Part shown: piece by piece, positions 40,376-52,823 of the stretch | How positions within the stretch are numbered: position 1 is the first letter of the stretch | Layout of the letters: every line of letters starts with the position of its first letter | Assembly (NCBI GenBank): GCA_010093705.1 | Contig: MU006094.1 | Location: 110,020 to 174,019 of the forward strand | DNA from: Patellaria atrata CBS 101060 | Taxonomy: Eukaryota | DNA length: 64,000 nt | Reading direction: 5' to 3' | Translations under genes and position numbers: made by a program | Notes under the pieces: generated by a model | Seen by the model: the letters and a program-made list of their open reading frames with translations, nothing else | What the model was told of the DNA's origin: nothing | Databases searched by the model: none

Positions 40376-40758
40376 ACCGAGATACCTCTTTACGTTGGGG
40401 TGATTCCAAGCTGCGACAGGACGAAGTACGGGGTAAGATTGCACATGAGCGGCACAATGAATAGGAGATGCGAACAGTTCCAACTGAACACAATAGCCCT
40501 CGCTCTCCTCCGAACCTCTTATAAAAGTCACCTGCGAACTGAATACGCCAAACCTCGGTCTGAGGCCCATTCCAAGCTCTCAATAGCTCTTCAACCTCAC
40601 CTCTCACCCCTCATCCCCAACCATGGGGTTCCCTCGTCATTCATGCGGGCAACAACTGGTATGATCCAATCGCGATGGACATGGACCGACTGAGGTACAA
40701 GATCGATGACGGAGCATCAACCCTTCTGGGAGGTCTGAATTGTGCAAAGTTGAGAGGA

Positions 40759-40772
40759 CGGCGTGGCTGCGG
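40759..40772. promoter_or_regulatory. Candidate InuR/AmyR-type Zn2Cys6 site (CGG-N8-CGG) upstream of the GH32 gene
   Basis: CGG-cgtggctg-CGG about 385 bp upstream of the GH32 ATG. Confidence 0.35.
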
Positions 40773-41087
40773 GAAGGGCGGCGGGTGGCTTATTTTAGAA
40801 AACTTACCCCGCAAATTCATCCCACAAAAAAACCATATCATCGGACAGTACTTACACTTATTCTCAAGTTATCACATAGGTTTATCATTTGGCAAAGATT
40901 CAAAGAGAGAGGGCAAACTAGGAAAGTGACAGTGGTCCTATCCAGATATGGACGGAGTAACTATGTTTGAAGAATTAACATTTCACAGTTATATACTCTT
41001 AGCTAGGTACAGTATTACCCTTTGTATTATACAATTGAAATTCCCCTTCATACATCATTGTGTATCATGAAGCATACGTCAGCGCCT

Positions 41088-43101
41088 TCAGTGGCCACCC
41101 TTGGCCAATTGGACTAACTTAGGGAAGATCTATCAATGACTATCAGCCCATGTCTTCCAACATCTTATCTGTGGAAGAAGTAGATGAACTTACCGGAGTA
41201 CCAAACCCAGTCACCGGATCCCAGCCCTTCGTAACTGGGAATCCGCTAGTCTCACACCCAGAGCTGTTTCCAGCCAAGATATCCGTGAAGCCCTTATATC
41301 CCTTCGAGTACAACCACGGGTTCAGGAAACCAAGAGGCTTCTTGCCAGACGAGATCAAAGCATCGTTGACGAGAGAGATGACGGCACCTGTAAGCGGGCA
41401 AGAAGCGCTGGTTCCGCTGATGGTACCTTCGGTGCCGTTCCAGACGTAGGCGAAGTATTGGCCTTGCGCCGAGATGTCGGGATAGCCGCGACCGGCTGTA
41501 TTCGTAAAGTTAGAAGTGTAAGATTTGAGAAGTGAAGAGCACATACCTTTGTTATAAAGTCCGTCATGTAGGCCGTTAAGACTCTTGATATACTTCGTAA
41601 CCACCGTCTTCTGATACTTCGGCATGGGGAAGAGGTCGCTGAAGCCGGACCCACTAGCATAGATTTCCCTGATGGTGCCGTCCGGACGGGTCTCCTGAGG
41701 GCGGAAAGCGGCGACCTCGGGTTGAAACTCGTGCGTAGCGCCGATGGAAGTTACATAAGGGCAGCTGGTCGGGAAGCTAGGTAGAAACTTTCTGGTGTTC
41801 TGGCCGTCGTTGGAGACACAGGTGTTGCGGAGGCCTACGCCACGATCACCGCTGGAAAAGAGTAGCGAGACGCCGCGGGCACCTAGTTGAGCGAATTCGT
41901 TGCAGACACGACGAGAGTATGATTCCGGAATAGTTTGTTCTGGTTCGCCATAAGAGGTGGTGATAACTTGAGGTACAACACGCTGAGCGAGAACGTAGTT
42001 GATCCAGTCGAGATAAGGTTCATTTGTGTTTTCTGGAGTGCTCAGATCAGGAATGTAAGGAGGGCTACCACCAGTTGAGTAGGCCCAGATAGGAGTAGGC
42101 CAGCCGACCACTCCTGAAATCGCCTGGACGTCCAAGTTCGCCTCACGAGAGATGCCCTCTGCGGCTTGAGTAGCGTTTAGAGGCCCATCCTGCGACGGCC
42201 CGTTAGCAATGTCAATTTGTCTGAAACTATACGCCGCCGGTACAGCTGCAGGTTTGTACTTTTTCAGGAACTTGGCTGTATCTGGGCGGATGGGAATTTC
42301 ACCAAGGTAGTTGGTGAATCCTATCTTATTAATGCCGGGAACCTTAGGTATGTAACCTTTGAATTGGTACAGCTGCGCGAAGCATTCAGGTGTGACGGAA
42401 CTAATGTTGCAGACCCGTCGGATAGCTTCATCATTGGGTGGGGAGTAGCTGGGAGAAATCCAAGGCTTTGACTGCGAATCAAGGTATGTAGCTTCTTCCG
42501 GGTGGGCCCTAAAGAAAGAGGTCGTTGGTTGAATCGTGTCCACATGCTCATGTAGATGTACTGGTAGCGACCACTTTGGCGCACGAATGAGCTCGGTGCC
42601 ATCGTCATGCTGGTATACATGGTATTCCGTGTCTAGGAGAGCTTCGATTTTCTCTACTGGAAGAATGGCCATAATCCAATCTTTGGAGGAGCTATGACCA
42701 ATATGTTCGATACCATTGCTTGACAGCCATTCCTCGACTGAGCTAAGAGCATCGTCTGCAGGCTTAACAAGTTCACTCACTTCCTCGGGGCTTAGATGTT
42801 GACCATAGCGAGCATGTTCGGGATCAGAAACTATTCATTGTATTAGAGCAAGGCCAGATCACGTTCAGAATGCCCGCGCCATACCTTCATACAAGTGACG
42901 TTCCAGTTCCTCGAATTGGCCTTGTTTCAGACCAATCTTCAGATGAACAATATGGTCGCGCGGTGCGCGATCCCGCTTCGTCCAGCCTGAGGGAAGGAAT
43001 TCTTCCTTGAGGGCATACGGAGTCCGCGCTTGAATCGGACCGGCAACTACAACAGTGGCAGCAATTGCTGCTAACGACAACAAGGTGGTGAAGCTTCGCA
43101 T
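41088..43101 (-). CDS. Secreted S53 sedolisin / tripeptidyl-peptidase I
   Basis: Signal peptide MRSFTTLLSLAAIAATVVVA, pro-domain (VSDPEHARYGQHLS), catalytic EANLD, SSGD, GTSAS, and Ca-binding WDPVTGFGTP. Confidence 0.95.
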
Positions 43102-44322
43102 ATTGGAACGGTACGGGGGAAACAGAGCTCGCAAGCTTCTCTCTCCTCGTTGGAGGCGGCAATGGAGCCCTTTTATCCACAGGACAGGACATTTTCGCTA
43201 AATAAACAGACTCGATCATGCTCGTGATTATTCGCAATCAGGAAGCTGGAGATAAATTATGATCATCCTCCTGCCCAGTGACGTTAGTTGAAGCTGCTAT
43301 GCTTCGGGCATGACCAGGGGGATGTTGACAAGCGGACCAAGCAGTTAACAAGATTGACAGCTTTCCTGGCACTCCTGGCACAGAAGCTTAGGTAGGATAC
43401 AAGTAGCTTGATTACCTGCGGGGATGCCGGCCGAGGAAGTCTCGGATAGGAAGGTGAATTGATATTGGAAATGCAGAAAGCCACCAACAATCCGGATCAA
43501 TTGCTTGAAATGCTTGTAATGACCTTGGATACGAAGCTTCGTAGTGCTTATCCTATTAGATTGTGATATCATGCAACTCTCTTGCGATATAGAAACTACC
43601 GGTAACGTAGATAGGTACTACTCTGTGCAAGGGGTACCGTTTCTCGAGGCACGGCACAGTTGATAGAACTAGTTACCGTTGTGCTAGGTATGGTTGAGGT
43701 CGAAGGAATCGCCTTCAGGTTGGGGGTTCGTGAGTTTGACAAAGAATGCCGTACCTTAGTTCTACGGTACATAACCCCGCATTGAGGCGAGAACTGACTC
43801 CTACGTTACCTCGATGCATCATAACGTACAGTACATGAGGACATTGATGGATGATGGGTTACTGCAATACGATACGAATATGTATTGATTGTGTGATCGG
43901 CTTCTACCATCACTACTCCTTGGTCTTAGTCGCCTACCTAGTTGTCAGGGAAGATGCAGCGAACGATTTCCAAGAAAGATACGCCGGGCCAAACATAGCA
44001 AGGAAAATGTCTCATTCACACGAGACATAAAGTGACCCAAAAACCGTCGGAAAATATATCCTCAAGGGCTCTATCCAGATACCAGGTAGCTGTCGCACAA
44101 TATCAATGGTAGCATCTGTCTTCTGCGTCTCGTGGGGTTAAATGTTCATCTATATCTTTCTCCCATACCACACTCATAATAAGTATAAAGTGTAGATATG
44201 TAAGGCCAGTGGTAATAGAATGGATAGCAGTCGACCATCCCATGCTGTGGTAAAAGAAAGGGTAAGGAATGCATATCTTGACACGATTTGACAGAAATGT
44301 CACGGGCAGCGATAATTCGGAG

Positions 44323-46189
44323 TTATGCACGACACTTCGAAAGCTGTGCAGCTAATAGAGCACACTTTTCTGCCTGGACCTTTCTCTCATGGTCCGTCTC
44401 CTTTGTTTTGACCGTAAGGCACGCTTCGACAACGAAGGCATATATTTCTCCACATCTTGACACAAGTTGTGGGCATATCTCTTTGATGATCGTGTTAAGA
44501 ATCCATTCGGGCGGTGCCCTCTCTATCGGACGCCCATCCGCAATCTTCTCCAGCATAACAGGTAGCGACCTCCACATACCGATCTCCAAGAGTGTAAGTC
44601 CTAATGAGTAGATGTCGTACGCTTGGAGATATCGTCGATCGGGATTCCGACGCTTGTCTGGATGATGATAAAAGTCTAGTTGGTCACCTCGACCAGCCCT
44701 CTGAACTCGCGCCGCAGGAGCAGTACTATCGATATCGTAGAGACGGTCGGATCTCGAAAGACCCCATTCTGCAATGAAGGGAGATTCCCAGTCAACGTCA
44801 CCCCTATCTATCGGGTAATCATCCTTTGGGAAGAATATAATGGCCTTCGGACGTATATTCTTATGTACCCAACCAGCAGCATGCAAAAGCAGTACGCTGT
44901 TCAGAATCTTCTTGGCCAATTCAAATCTCCACCCTAGCGGTCGAGTAGTCCCTGAATTCAGTATCGTCGCAAGATTGACTGGTCGACGCTCTTTGAGGTC
45001 CTCATCATCGTTATCTCTTATATCTTGAATGCCAAGATGGCCAGGTAACTCGTATACGAATCCGATTTTACCCGTTTCAGGTTCATCAAACATTCCATAA
45101 CATTTCAAAGTTCGTAGTCGATTGCTTGCTCTTTCATCAGTGAGGAGTTTTCCGAATTTCAATATATCGTCGTAAATCTCTTCATCCATATGCCCATTCT
45201 CGTCATGATATGACTTGTATTCTATTAATACAAGTTCCTCGGACCATTTGCCATGATTACTTGTAGACCATAAGGCGAGCACTGGTAAAGTCTTAGAACG
45301 CAATAGGTGATAATCGTCGGCACATAGAGCAAGCAGCTTGCGTCTCTGAATTCCATCCATGTGGCCTGCCGAATGAACGGCCAGTCCTTTCAAAGGAGCT
45401 AGATCTGCAAGTATTTCATAGAGATCAGAAGATTCAGGATTGCTTTCGCTAGACATCTGGGTAGCCAAAGTTTTAGTCATTATAAGGCCTGCAGGGCTGA
45501 CATGAGACCATAGATAATCAACGAGGAAGTTCATTCTCAATGTTTCGTAAGCTCCATCTGGACAAAGCACGCTGAGCGTATGGTTATGCTTAGAGATTTC
45601 CTTTGTTAGCTCAATAACCTTGTTACCGTCTCTCAAAGACCATTTGCATCTCCGTAAGATCGAAAATCTTTGCCGCAAGGTTGCGGATTTGTCTTGTAGT
45701 GCTGCGACTTGATCCTTGAAAGACGATGAAGGGGATAGAAGGTTCCGTGAAGTCCTCCCCTGGCGGACTCTTGTCAAATGTTGTTGTAATAGCTGAGATG
45801 GCAATACTCACCAACTGTATCCCCTGATCGGGTTTCAATTCGATGCCATAATCATAGTGAAGTTTCTCATGATTGGAAAGAAGATCAGCAATAGCACACA
45901 GTGCACCTTCAATTCCATCTATCTTATATCTGTTGTGGAGAAGATATTCTCCAATCTTCTTATTTTGAGCGTCTAATTGCAACCGTCCGGACTCAGTGAA
46001 CGAGGTCTTATGTCTATGGATGCCCCAATATGCACCCCATGATTTCAGAATAGACTCTTGAATTCCTAAAGCTCGGATCGCTCTAAATGCATTCGTCTCA
46101 GCCGATCGGACGTCAGAGAAAAAGATAAAGCAATCCCGACAAGCCGAATACAGGCCGACGATACCGACAGCTAAACTGACAGGATCCAT
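44323..46189 (-). CDS. HeLo (prion-inhibition)-domain protein fused to a kinase-like (probable pseudokinase) domain
   Basis: N-terminus MDPVSLAVGIVGLYSAC...QESILKSWGAYWGI; KWSLRD at the end of the HeLo region; intron 45811-45760. Kinase-like motifs VLIEYK, HKNIRPKAIIFF, YHHPD, YDIYSLGLTLLEIGMW. Confidence 0.82.
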
Positions 46190-46506
46190 TGTATAAAGTT
46201 GCACAAGCAATAGAACTTTAGCAATAGTGATGCTTCATCTTGCAAATGTGCAGTTGAGAAGTGGGGAGGTTTCTGTTTTTCAGCTCATGCAAGCCAAGAT
46301 TTTAGACGCAGGCCCTATCTCACAACTGATACACAAATTTGTGGTTCAAATATGATTGAAAACGATGCTTGAGATTAAATCAAATACTTCTGTACTATAC
46401 CGTGCAATATATCACAGCTCTGTAACAGTGGCTTAGTTCTAGTGTGATCCGATTGCTGGCAGTTCGGATAGAACTAGTTTTATGTCAGTTTTCGCAGTCC
46501 TCGTCG

Positions 46507-47385
46507 TCACAACAAGTTCGCCAGGGCCCATAAGCGTTGATTAACTTCCCGTTGGTTCTATTTCCATGGGTCAAGGCGGGGTTTTGGTTCACCGTTGTTG
46601 CAATCTTCTCTATACCATGCTTTTATATCCTCTGGATCTCTTCTCTTTTTGAAGTCACTCTTCAGTGTTTCCCAACCCGTTGTACCTCCACAATCTTCGG
46701 CGCACGGATGACCCTAGTGAAGTCAACTATGAGAATAAATATCTATTGGTAACCTTTAGGGCGAGTATAGATCTTACCTCTCCTCTCATGCAAATCGCCT
46801 CATAGTTTGAATTAGGAGCAACTAGCTTTCGGAATTTGTCACTTTTAATACCAAGGAAATTGATACTGTGGGGCCAATCGTTCGTTGGATCATATTCGTA
46901 GAATACTTGAACCTCGCCGTTATAGGGTTCACGAGCATAGACATCCTTAAGGGTCAAGTCCGAAGTCGCTCATGACCTCTCTGTGCTTTTGTCCAACATA
47001 AAGGATCCACTTGGGTAGAGGAACAAGAGTATGCGATCGCCACCCCACATCTTTCCAGCAGTATAGCGTCAGCGTCATAAAGAGCATGGATTTCAATAGA
47101 AAGAAGACTAACCCATTGCCGGTCCTCTTCATTAGGCATCCCGGTAATAAGGAAGTTATGTCTAGGTATATCACACCATCCAAATGTTATCTGGTGCACA
47201 TAATGAAACTCTTCAAATGTATACCAAGATGGCACAGAAATCAAATGCCAAATAGTTGGGTTCTCCGTGCCCGAGAGGCGAACCTGAAAGATATAATACT
47301 CCTCGTCCAGAAATCGCTAACTAGGGAAAGTACATTAGCAGATTTTAGACGATTAAGTAACTTTTTGTTTGACCATGTTTTCCAT
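46507..47385 (-). pseudogene. pRiA4b ORF-3-like (MM3350-like) gene with two in-frame stops
   Basis: Spliced reading gives YIFQVRLSGTENPTIWHLISVPSWYTFEEFHYVHQITFGW, YEYD..NDWPHSI and GEGHPCAEDCGG. In-frame TGA at 46972-46970 and TAG at 46560-46558; final stop at 46509-46507. Confidence 0.7.
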
Positions 47386-47640
47386 TTTTAGGACTGCACT
47401 ATTATGGTCTGGAGTCATATCCTACCAAAAGAATTAGTCTATCATTTCGAAAGTGCAATTCGCAATACTAACCTCTTGCTTGTGCGTCACTGAATTTTTT
47501 CTAGATCTAGTGTTCACTGACGGTGCATCCTAGGAAAGGATAATATCAGCAGGACGTACAGTATAACCAAAACAAAGTTGCGTAGGACTACTAACCTCCT
47601 GCTTAGAAGTATTTGAAGGTTGTGTACAATGAATACTCCT

Positions 47641-47672
47641 AGGGGTCACCTTTGTCAGGGGTCACCTTTGTC
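47641..47672 (+). repeat. 16-bp tandem duplication AGGGGTCACCTTTGTC x2
   Basis: Read directly. Confidence 0.9.
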
Positions 47673-48436
47673 AAGGCTCAATCTCAGATGAAAACTGAAA
47701 GGTATATTGCTATATGTATATGAAGCTTAAACTTAAGGAAGAAAGTGTTGAGATAGCATATGCTGTTCTACTAAAGTACAGCATGACTAAGCCGCTGGAT
47801 CATCCAGGGCACTTATACTTATCGGGTCTAACCCGTGACAACCTTCGTTTAGATGATTAGCAGAACTTAGGTGGGGGTTGTAGAGTACTGTATATTTCGA
47901 CGTTTCGAACTTGTTACTACTGTTAGCATACTTGGAATTTGACATCCCATCAAATTTCTGCGAGACATTGGTGTTATTGGTTGTAGTGGACGAGTCTGAG
48001 GTTTTCCTATCCTTTCCTTCTTTGTTTTCGGCAGATGTGAAGAGGTGATATTGTTATTAGTGGATGTATGATATCTAGGAACTAGATGGATTCTTCAAGA
48101 GCTAGGGGCACTCGTGAAGAAGTGATGCGAATTGATACTCGTATTATGATAATACTGCGTGTTTGACGTTGGTGACAGGAGGGAATAAGGTAGTCTCGCG
48201 CTTACGTCCAAGGGGGTCTTCCTGTCCCGTCTGGTGTTCAAACAACGACATCATACCCGCTTGAATGCACGAGCCTCTTCATGCGAACGACGCACGCTCT
48301 TGCGTGACCTCGGGCTTTAGTCCAAAAGGTGTTCTTTTGGGAAGAATGGAGATTCCTTATCTACTCCACTGTATCAATTCTTATATTCAAATGTTCGCCA
48401 GAACATATGCCTAAGTGCGAAAGCTGTTTGAATTAT

Positions 48437-49570
48437 CTAGGCTTCCTCTTCCAATCCAACCATTTTGTTGGAATCTTTCCATACCCGCTCCTCAGCTTCT
48501 TCATCGTAAATCCACTTCGCATAGCCTTGATCTGTAAGACCCAGCTTATCAACTCCTTTGTACAGTTCCACTTCCTCACAGTCAACAATATATCGGCCTC
48601 CTTTTCCTTCCCAGTCAGGACTCACCGCAGCATAGACGGTTGTCGCAGCACCTTGTTCGGGGGTTTTGGTATACTTTTTGATTGCTGGAAGTTCCCATAA
48701 CGGCTCAGCCTCAGGTGTATATTTTTGAATACCTACGGTCATTGGGTTAACTTGGGGTTATATGAAGAGTCGGCTTCGGAATTACATACCTGTCTTGATC
48801 GCACCAGGATGTAAACTGAGTGCGTGCAAACCCTTTAAACCATACTTCCTTTCGACCGCACAAGCGAAATAGATGTTAGCGGTCTTTGACTGCCCATATG
48901 CTTTACCCGGGTCATAGGGGTCCTTTTCAAAGTTATAGTCATCGAATCTCACCTGACCATAGCGATGACCGGTGGATGCAACCACGACAACTCTGGAATT
49001 GAACTCAGGGGTGCTTGATGCGAGCAGCGTGTCCTTGAGTAATTGAAAGAGAAGGAAGTGTCCGAGATGATTGGTCGCAAATTGGGTCTCATAACCATCA
49101 ACACTTCGACCTTCCGGAGCCCTCATCACTTTGATATTGTGAGTATAGCAAACATTCGCGGTTTACCAACTGGGAAATTTACCACCAGCATTGTTGACGA
49201 GTATGTTCAGCCTATCACTTTGAGAGAGAAATTCTTTTGCCCCTTTTCTGACAGACTCCAAAGAAGCTAGGTCGAATTCCAGTACATGGATAGGAGCCTT
49301 GTTCGATCCCTCTTTATTGATGATCTCGTTCGCTACCTTCTGTGCTTCAGATGCGTCTTTACCCGTTATGAAGACGGTAGCTCCGGTTTCGTGAAGTGCT
49401 CGAGCTGTTTCTATTCCAATACCAGAGGTGCACCCTGTTATTAGAGCTACTTTATCATTTAACTTACCCAGGACACCAGCATCCCGAACAATTTGCAGTG
49501 CAGTGGGCCTCGCATCTCCGGGGCCCGTTCTGTTAATGTTGGCATCGCGATACTTTTCCGATTGAGGCAT
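48437..49570 (-). CDS. Short-chain dehydrogenase/reductase (WWOX / retinol-dehydrogenase-like)
   Basis: GPGDARPTALQI, TGCTSGIG, LVNNAG, QFATNHLGHF, catalytic YGQSK, LHPGAI. Two introns; the start could alternatively be the ATG at 49579. Confidence 0.92.
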
Positions 49571-50261
49571 ATCGAGCATAGATAATAGAAGATAGTTAGT
49601 GTCAAGAAGACATTCCACAGATTGAAGTCCTTCGACAGATACGTAGTCATTCAATCCATCCTATTTATATATCATGGACGTTGATCTAGACAGACGCACC
49701 AACATAGCTTATTCCAACTTAGTTGTAGTTGGCGCGGTGTTGAAGCCCTTGGTGCGGTGTCCTAATAGGGTTACCTCCTAGTTCGTGGGATTACCCTAGC
49801 TCGGTGATCTCTTTAAACAGCAAAGGTGTACAAGACCAGGAATGCATGATATTGAAGAGATAAGGTAGGTAGGATAATCCTTCAAAACAGTGTTAGTCCA
49901 CTAAATAATAGGAGTCACGGAACTAATGTGCGTGAGGTTGCCACCGCAATTGCTAGTTTACTCTTCCATTTCGATCACCCTATCCGCTGATCCTTCCACA
50001 ATTATGTTCGACAGTGGGCACCTGACACTATTGGTTACGCGATCGATATAGTATACGGGTCAACAAGAGTGCTTTTCGGTTGGTTTCTGACGCGTCAGGC
50101 TAAATACCGAATCGTCCTGAGTTATCAGTCATTGAATTTCTAGAGATTCCATTTTCCTAGAATGTACTATCAATTGAATTCCTGTATAGAACTATCATCT
50201 CTTTTCTGCGAGTATAAAAACTCATATTTACTTTATACCAGACCAGTCATCTAATAGTGTC

Positions 50262-51431
50262 TCATAATTCATCATGCCCCATACTGTCAGATCCGGGACT
50301 CTCTTTTTCAATGGGCTTCACCTTTCCCTGAAAGATGTCAAGCATGAATATTTCCACTAATATAGTTGTAATATCCTGAATCTCTGGATACGGGAAGACT
50401 TGATCTTTCCATGCGCTGTAAAATGTCAACGCGGGAAAGGTCCCCGACCGAAGTCCTAAGCTACCAGCCATATGTCCGTATTCATCAGCGTCTATTGTTA
50501 CAAAATTGATGTAGTCAGAATACTTCCTAGCTAGTAGTTGGAGCTCTCGGCTCAAAGTTGTACGATCGGAGTCATTGTCGTAGAATATGTACGCGAGCAG
50601 CTTTTGAGACTGGGGTATGTTAGTCACTCAGAGACACAAGTACTGAATTGAACAGAAATAACTCTTACGGTCATATATCCCATCTCCGTTCTTCTGGTTA
50701 ATTCACCAATCAGAGGTCTACTGGCTTGCAATATAAACTTCCTGATAGAAGCTTTATCGAAAGGACCTCTAAAAAACTCGGTTTCAGCGCCGTCTGCCTT
50801 GAAGATTACGATTCCCGGCGCAGATAGCCCATTCCCCACAAAATATTGGCTCCCGATGACTCCAAATATGAATTCATCGTGGTACTCTTTCGCAACCTGT
50901 TCAAAGGTTCTCCTGGATGCCTTGTCTTCTTCTTCCAACGAGGCAACTAACAAGTTTATTCCCAGGTTACGATATCCTTCTATGTTTCCAGAATCCAACT
51001 CTGCAACAATGGGCAACTTAGCAAGTCTGACGAATGATGATATATCGGAAGCTTTTGGTGGTCCTCTATATCGAACAAACTCTTCTGCTCCTTTGTGTAG
51101 TCGAATTGCAGGGTAAGAATGGACACTTCTATCACTACAATATTTTTTTTCGATAGAGCAATCCACCGTAATTAGAGGAACATTTAAACTCCAAGACAAA
51201 TCTGCCCAATGTGGAAGAAGAGATGCACTTGGTCCTGTCCATGGCTGAAAGAAAGTCAGAATTTATAGAGACCAATTAGCTAGGATGACATACAATTATA
51301 TAGGCGACCAAAGCGAGCGTGTTGGATGACAATACAGAGTCAGCATGTGAGCTAGAAGTAGTGTTCCACCGCAATTCGCTTCCTTGTACAACTGCTACAA
51401 ATAGGAAAATCGTACAAAATAGAGAGCGCAT
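50262..51431 (-). CDS. ER-resident PDI-like thioredoxin-fold protein lacking the CxxC active site (a-b-b'-like, HDEL)
   Basis: Signal peptide MRSLFCTIFLFVAVVQG; introns 51293-51245 and 50668-50610. a-like domain LVAYIIPWTGPSASLLPHW...TVDC...YC...SYPAIRL; b'-like PLIGELT, INFVTIDADEYG, FPAL. C-terminus GHDEL. Confidence 0.85.
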
Positions 51432-51946
51432 ATTGTTCTATCTTTTAGGATTATTTTCATGAAGAAGTTGGGAGAGATGTTGTATTAGAGATAACAGAAC
51501 GAATATCTTCCTGAAACTCGGTATCGTAATTAGTCCATAAATGATGTCGAGACCAGGAGGTTCCTACCAGCTGCCAAATTATACTTAGTGACTGTATGTA
51601 AAAAGGAGGTAAGAAATAAAACGGGTCAACAATGAAATTTACAGAGAGACATAAAATTTCCCATTCATGTCCTTCCTCTGTTGTTTGTGCCCGGAATAAA
51701 ACAAGATATAGCAAGATTCATAACAACGAAATTGAACAGAATGGGGTACGCCTGAAACACTGAACGATCCAAAAAAAGCTTCACAATATGCAGGTTGTTT
51801 CCGACCGGCTACTTTTCTATGGGATATTTCCTTGTTGCTAACTAATCAATGCGGTCTGATAGACAGAGTATACTTCGAATATTCAAAAGCGCATTGATCA
51901 AATTTTGCACGTCCAAAATCCAAACAAGTGACGCAGAGAAGGAGAG

Positions 51947-52823
51947 ATGAAGATATTCGGAGGTGCCGGCTGTGCCGCTGTCTTCGGCATCGCACTGACC
52001 ATCAGCCGAGTCGCTTCGGCATCCCAAGCCCCTGAAAACCCACTCAACGACATCACCGAAACCTGCACCCATCCACCATACAAGATCCACATTTTCTCTC
52101 TTAGTCCGCTAGTAATATACATCGTAAACTTCCTCACACCAGAAGAACGACAGCACCTCCTCTCAATCACGTAAGTACTTCCATCATTTCCTCTCAACCC
52201 GTCAGCCCAAACTGACCCTTGAAAGCTCCAACGCCTTCACCACCTCCCAAACCGCAGACGAACATGGCACCTCCGCCCTCCGTAGCACAAGGAAGTCCCG
52301 CTCCGCAACTCCACCGCGGGATACCATAGTCCGATGTATCGAGTCCCGAGCCCTTCTTTTCCAAGGCCTTTCGACACCCCTCTCACATCTCGAACCCCTC
52401 CAACTCGTCCAATACACCCAAAACGAAACCTACGACTTCCACACCGACTGGTTCACCTCTCCCTCTCTCGCCTCCCCTTCCCACGGTGGCAATCGTCTGT
52501 CCTCATTCTTCGCATACGTTCTCGCGACCGATGATATCACGGGGGGCGGGACGACGTTCCCGTTGCTAGATGCGCCGCGGGATGAAAAGTGGTGCGGGTA
52601 TGTGGATTGTGATAGACCGTGGGACGAGGGCGTGACGTTCCTACCGGTCGAGGGGAATGCGGTGTTTTGGGTGAATATGGTGGGAGGCCAGGGGGATCAG
52701 AGGACGCTACATAGAGGGGATGTTGTAACGAGTGGGCGGAAGATGGGGATGAATATTTGGACCAGGGAGGGGGAATTGGATCCGGAGCTTAGGGGTGAAG
52801 GGTGGGAGGAAGATGAACTGTGA
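51947..52823 (+). CDS. Prolyl 4-hydroxylase alpha-like Fe(II)/2-oxoglutarate dioxygenase with signal peptide
   Basis: Intron 52171-52225. SPLVIYIVNFLTPEE, EPLQLVQY, Fe ligands HTD and LH(RG), GGGTTFP, 2OG-binding K in GRKMGMNIW. Ends EEDEL. Confidence 0.9.

Noticed and set aside
35095..43101. MFS-GH32-S53 as a metabolic or secondary-metabolite cluster
   Set aside because: No backbone enzyme or regulator, and the functions are unrelated; co-orientation alone is insufficient.
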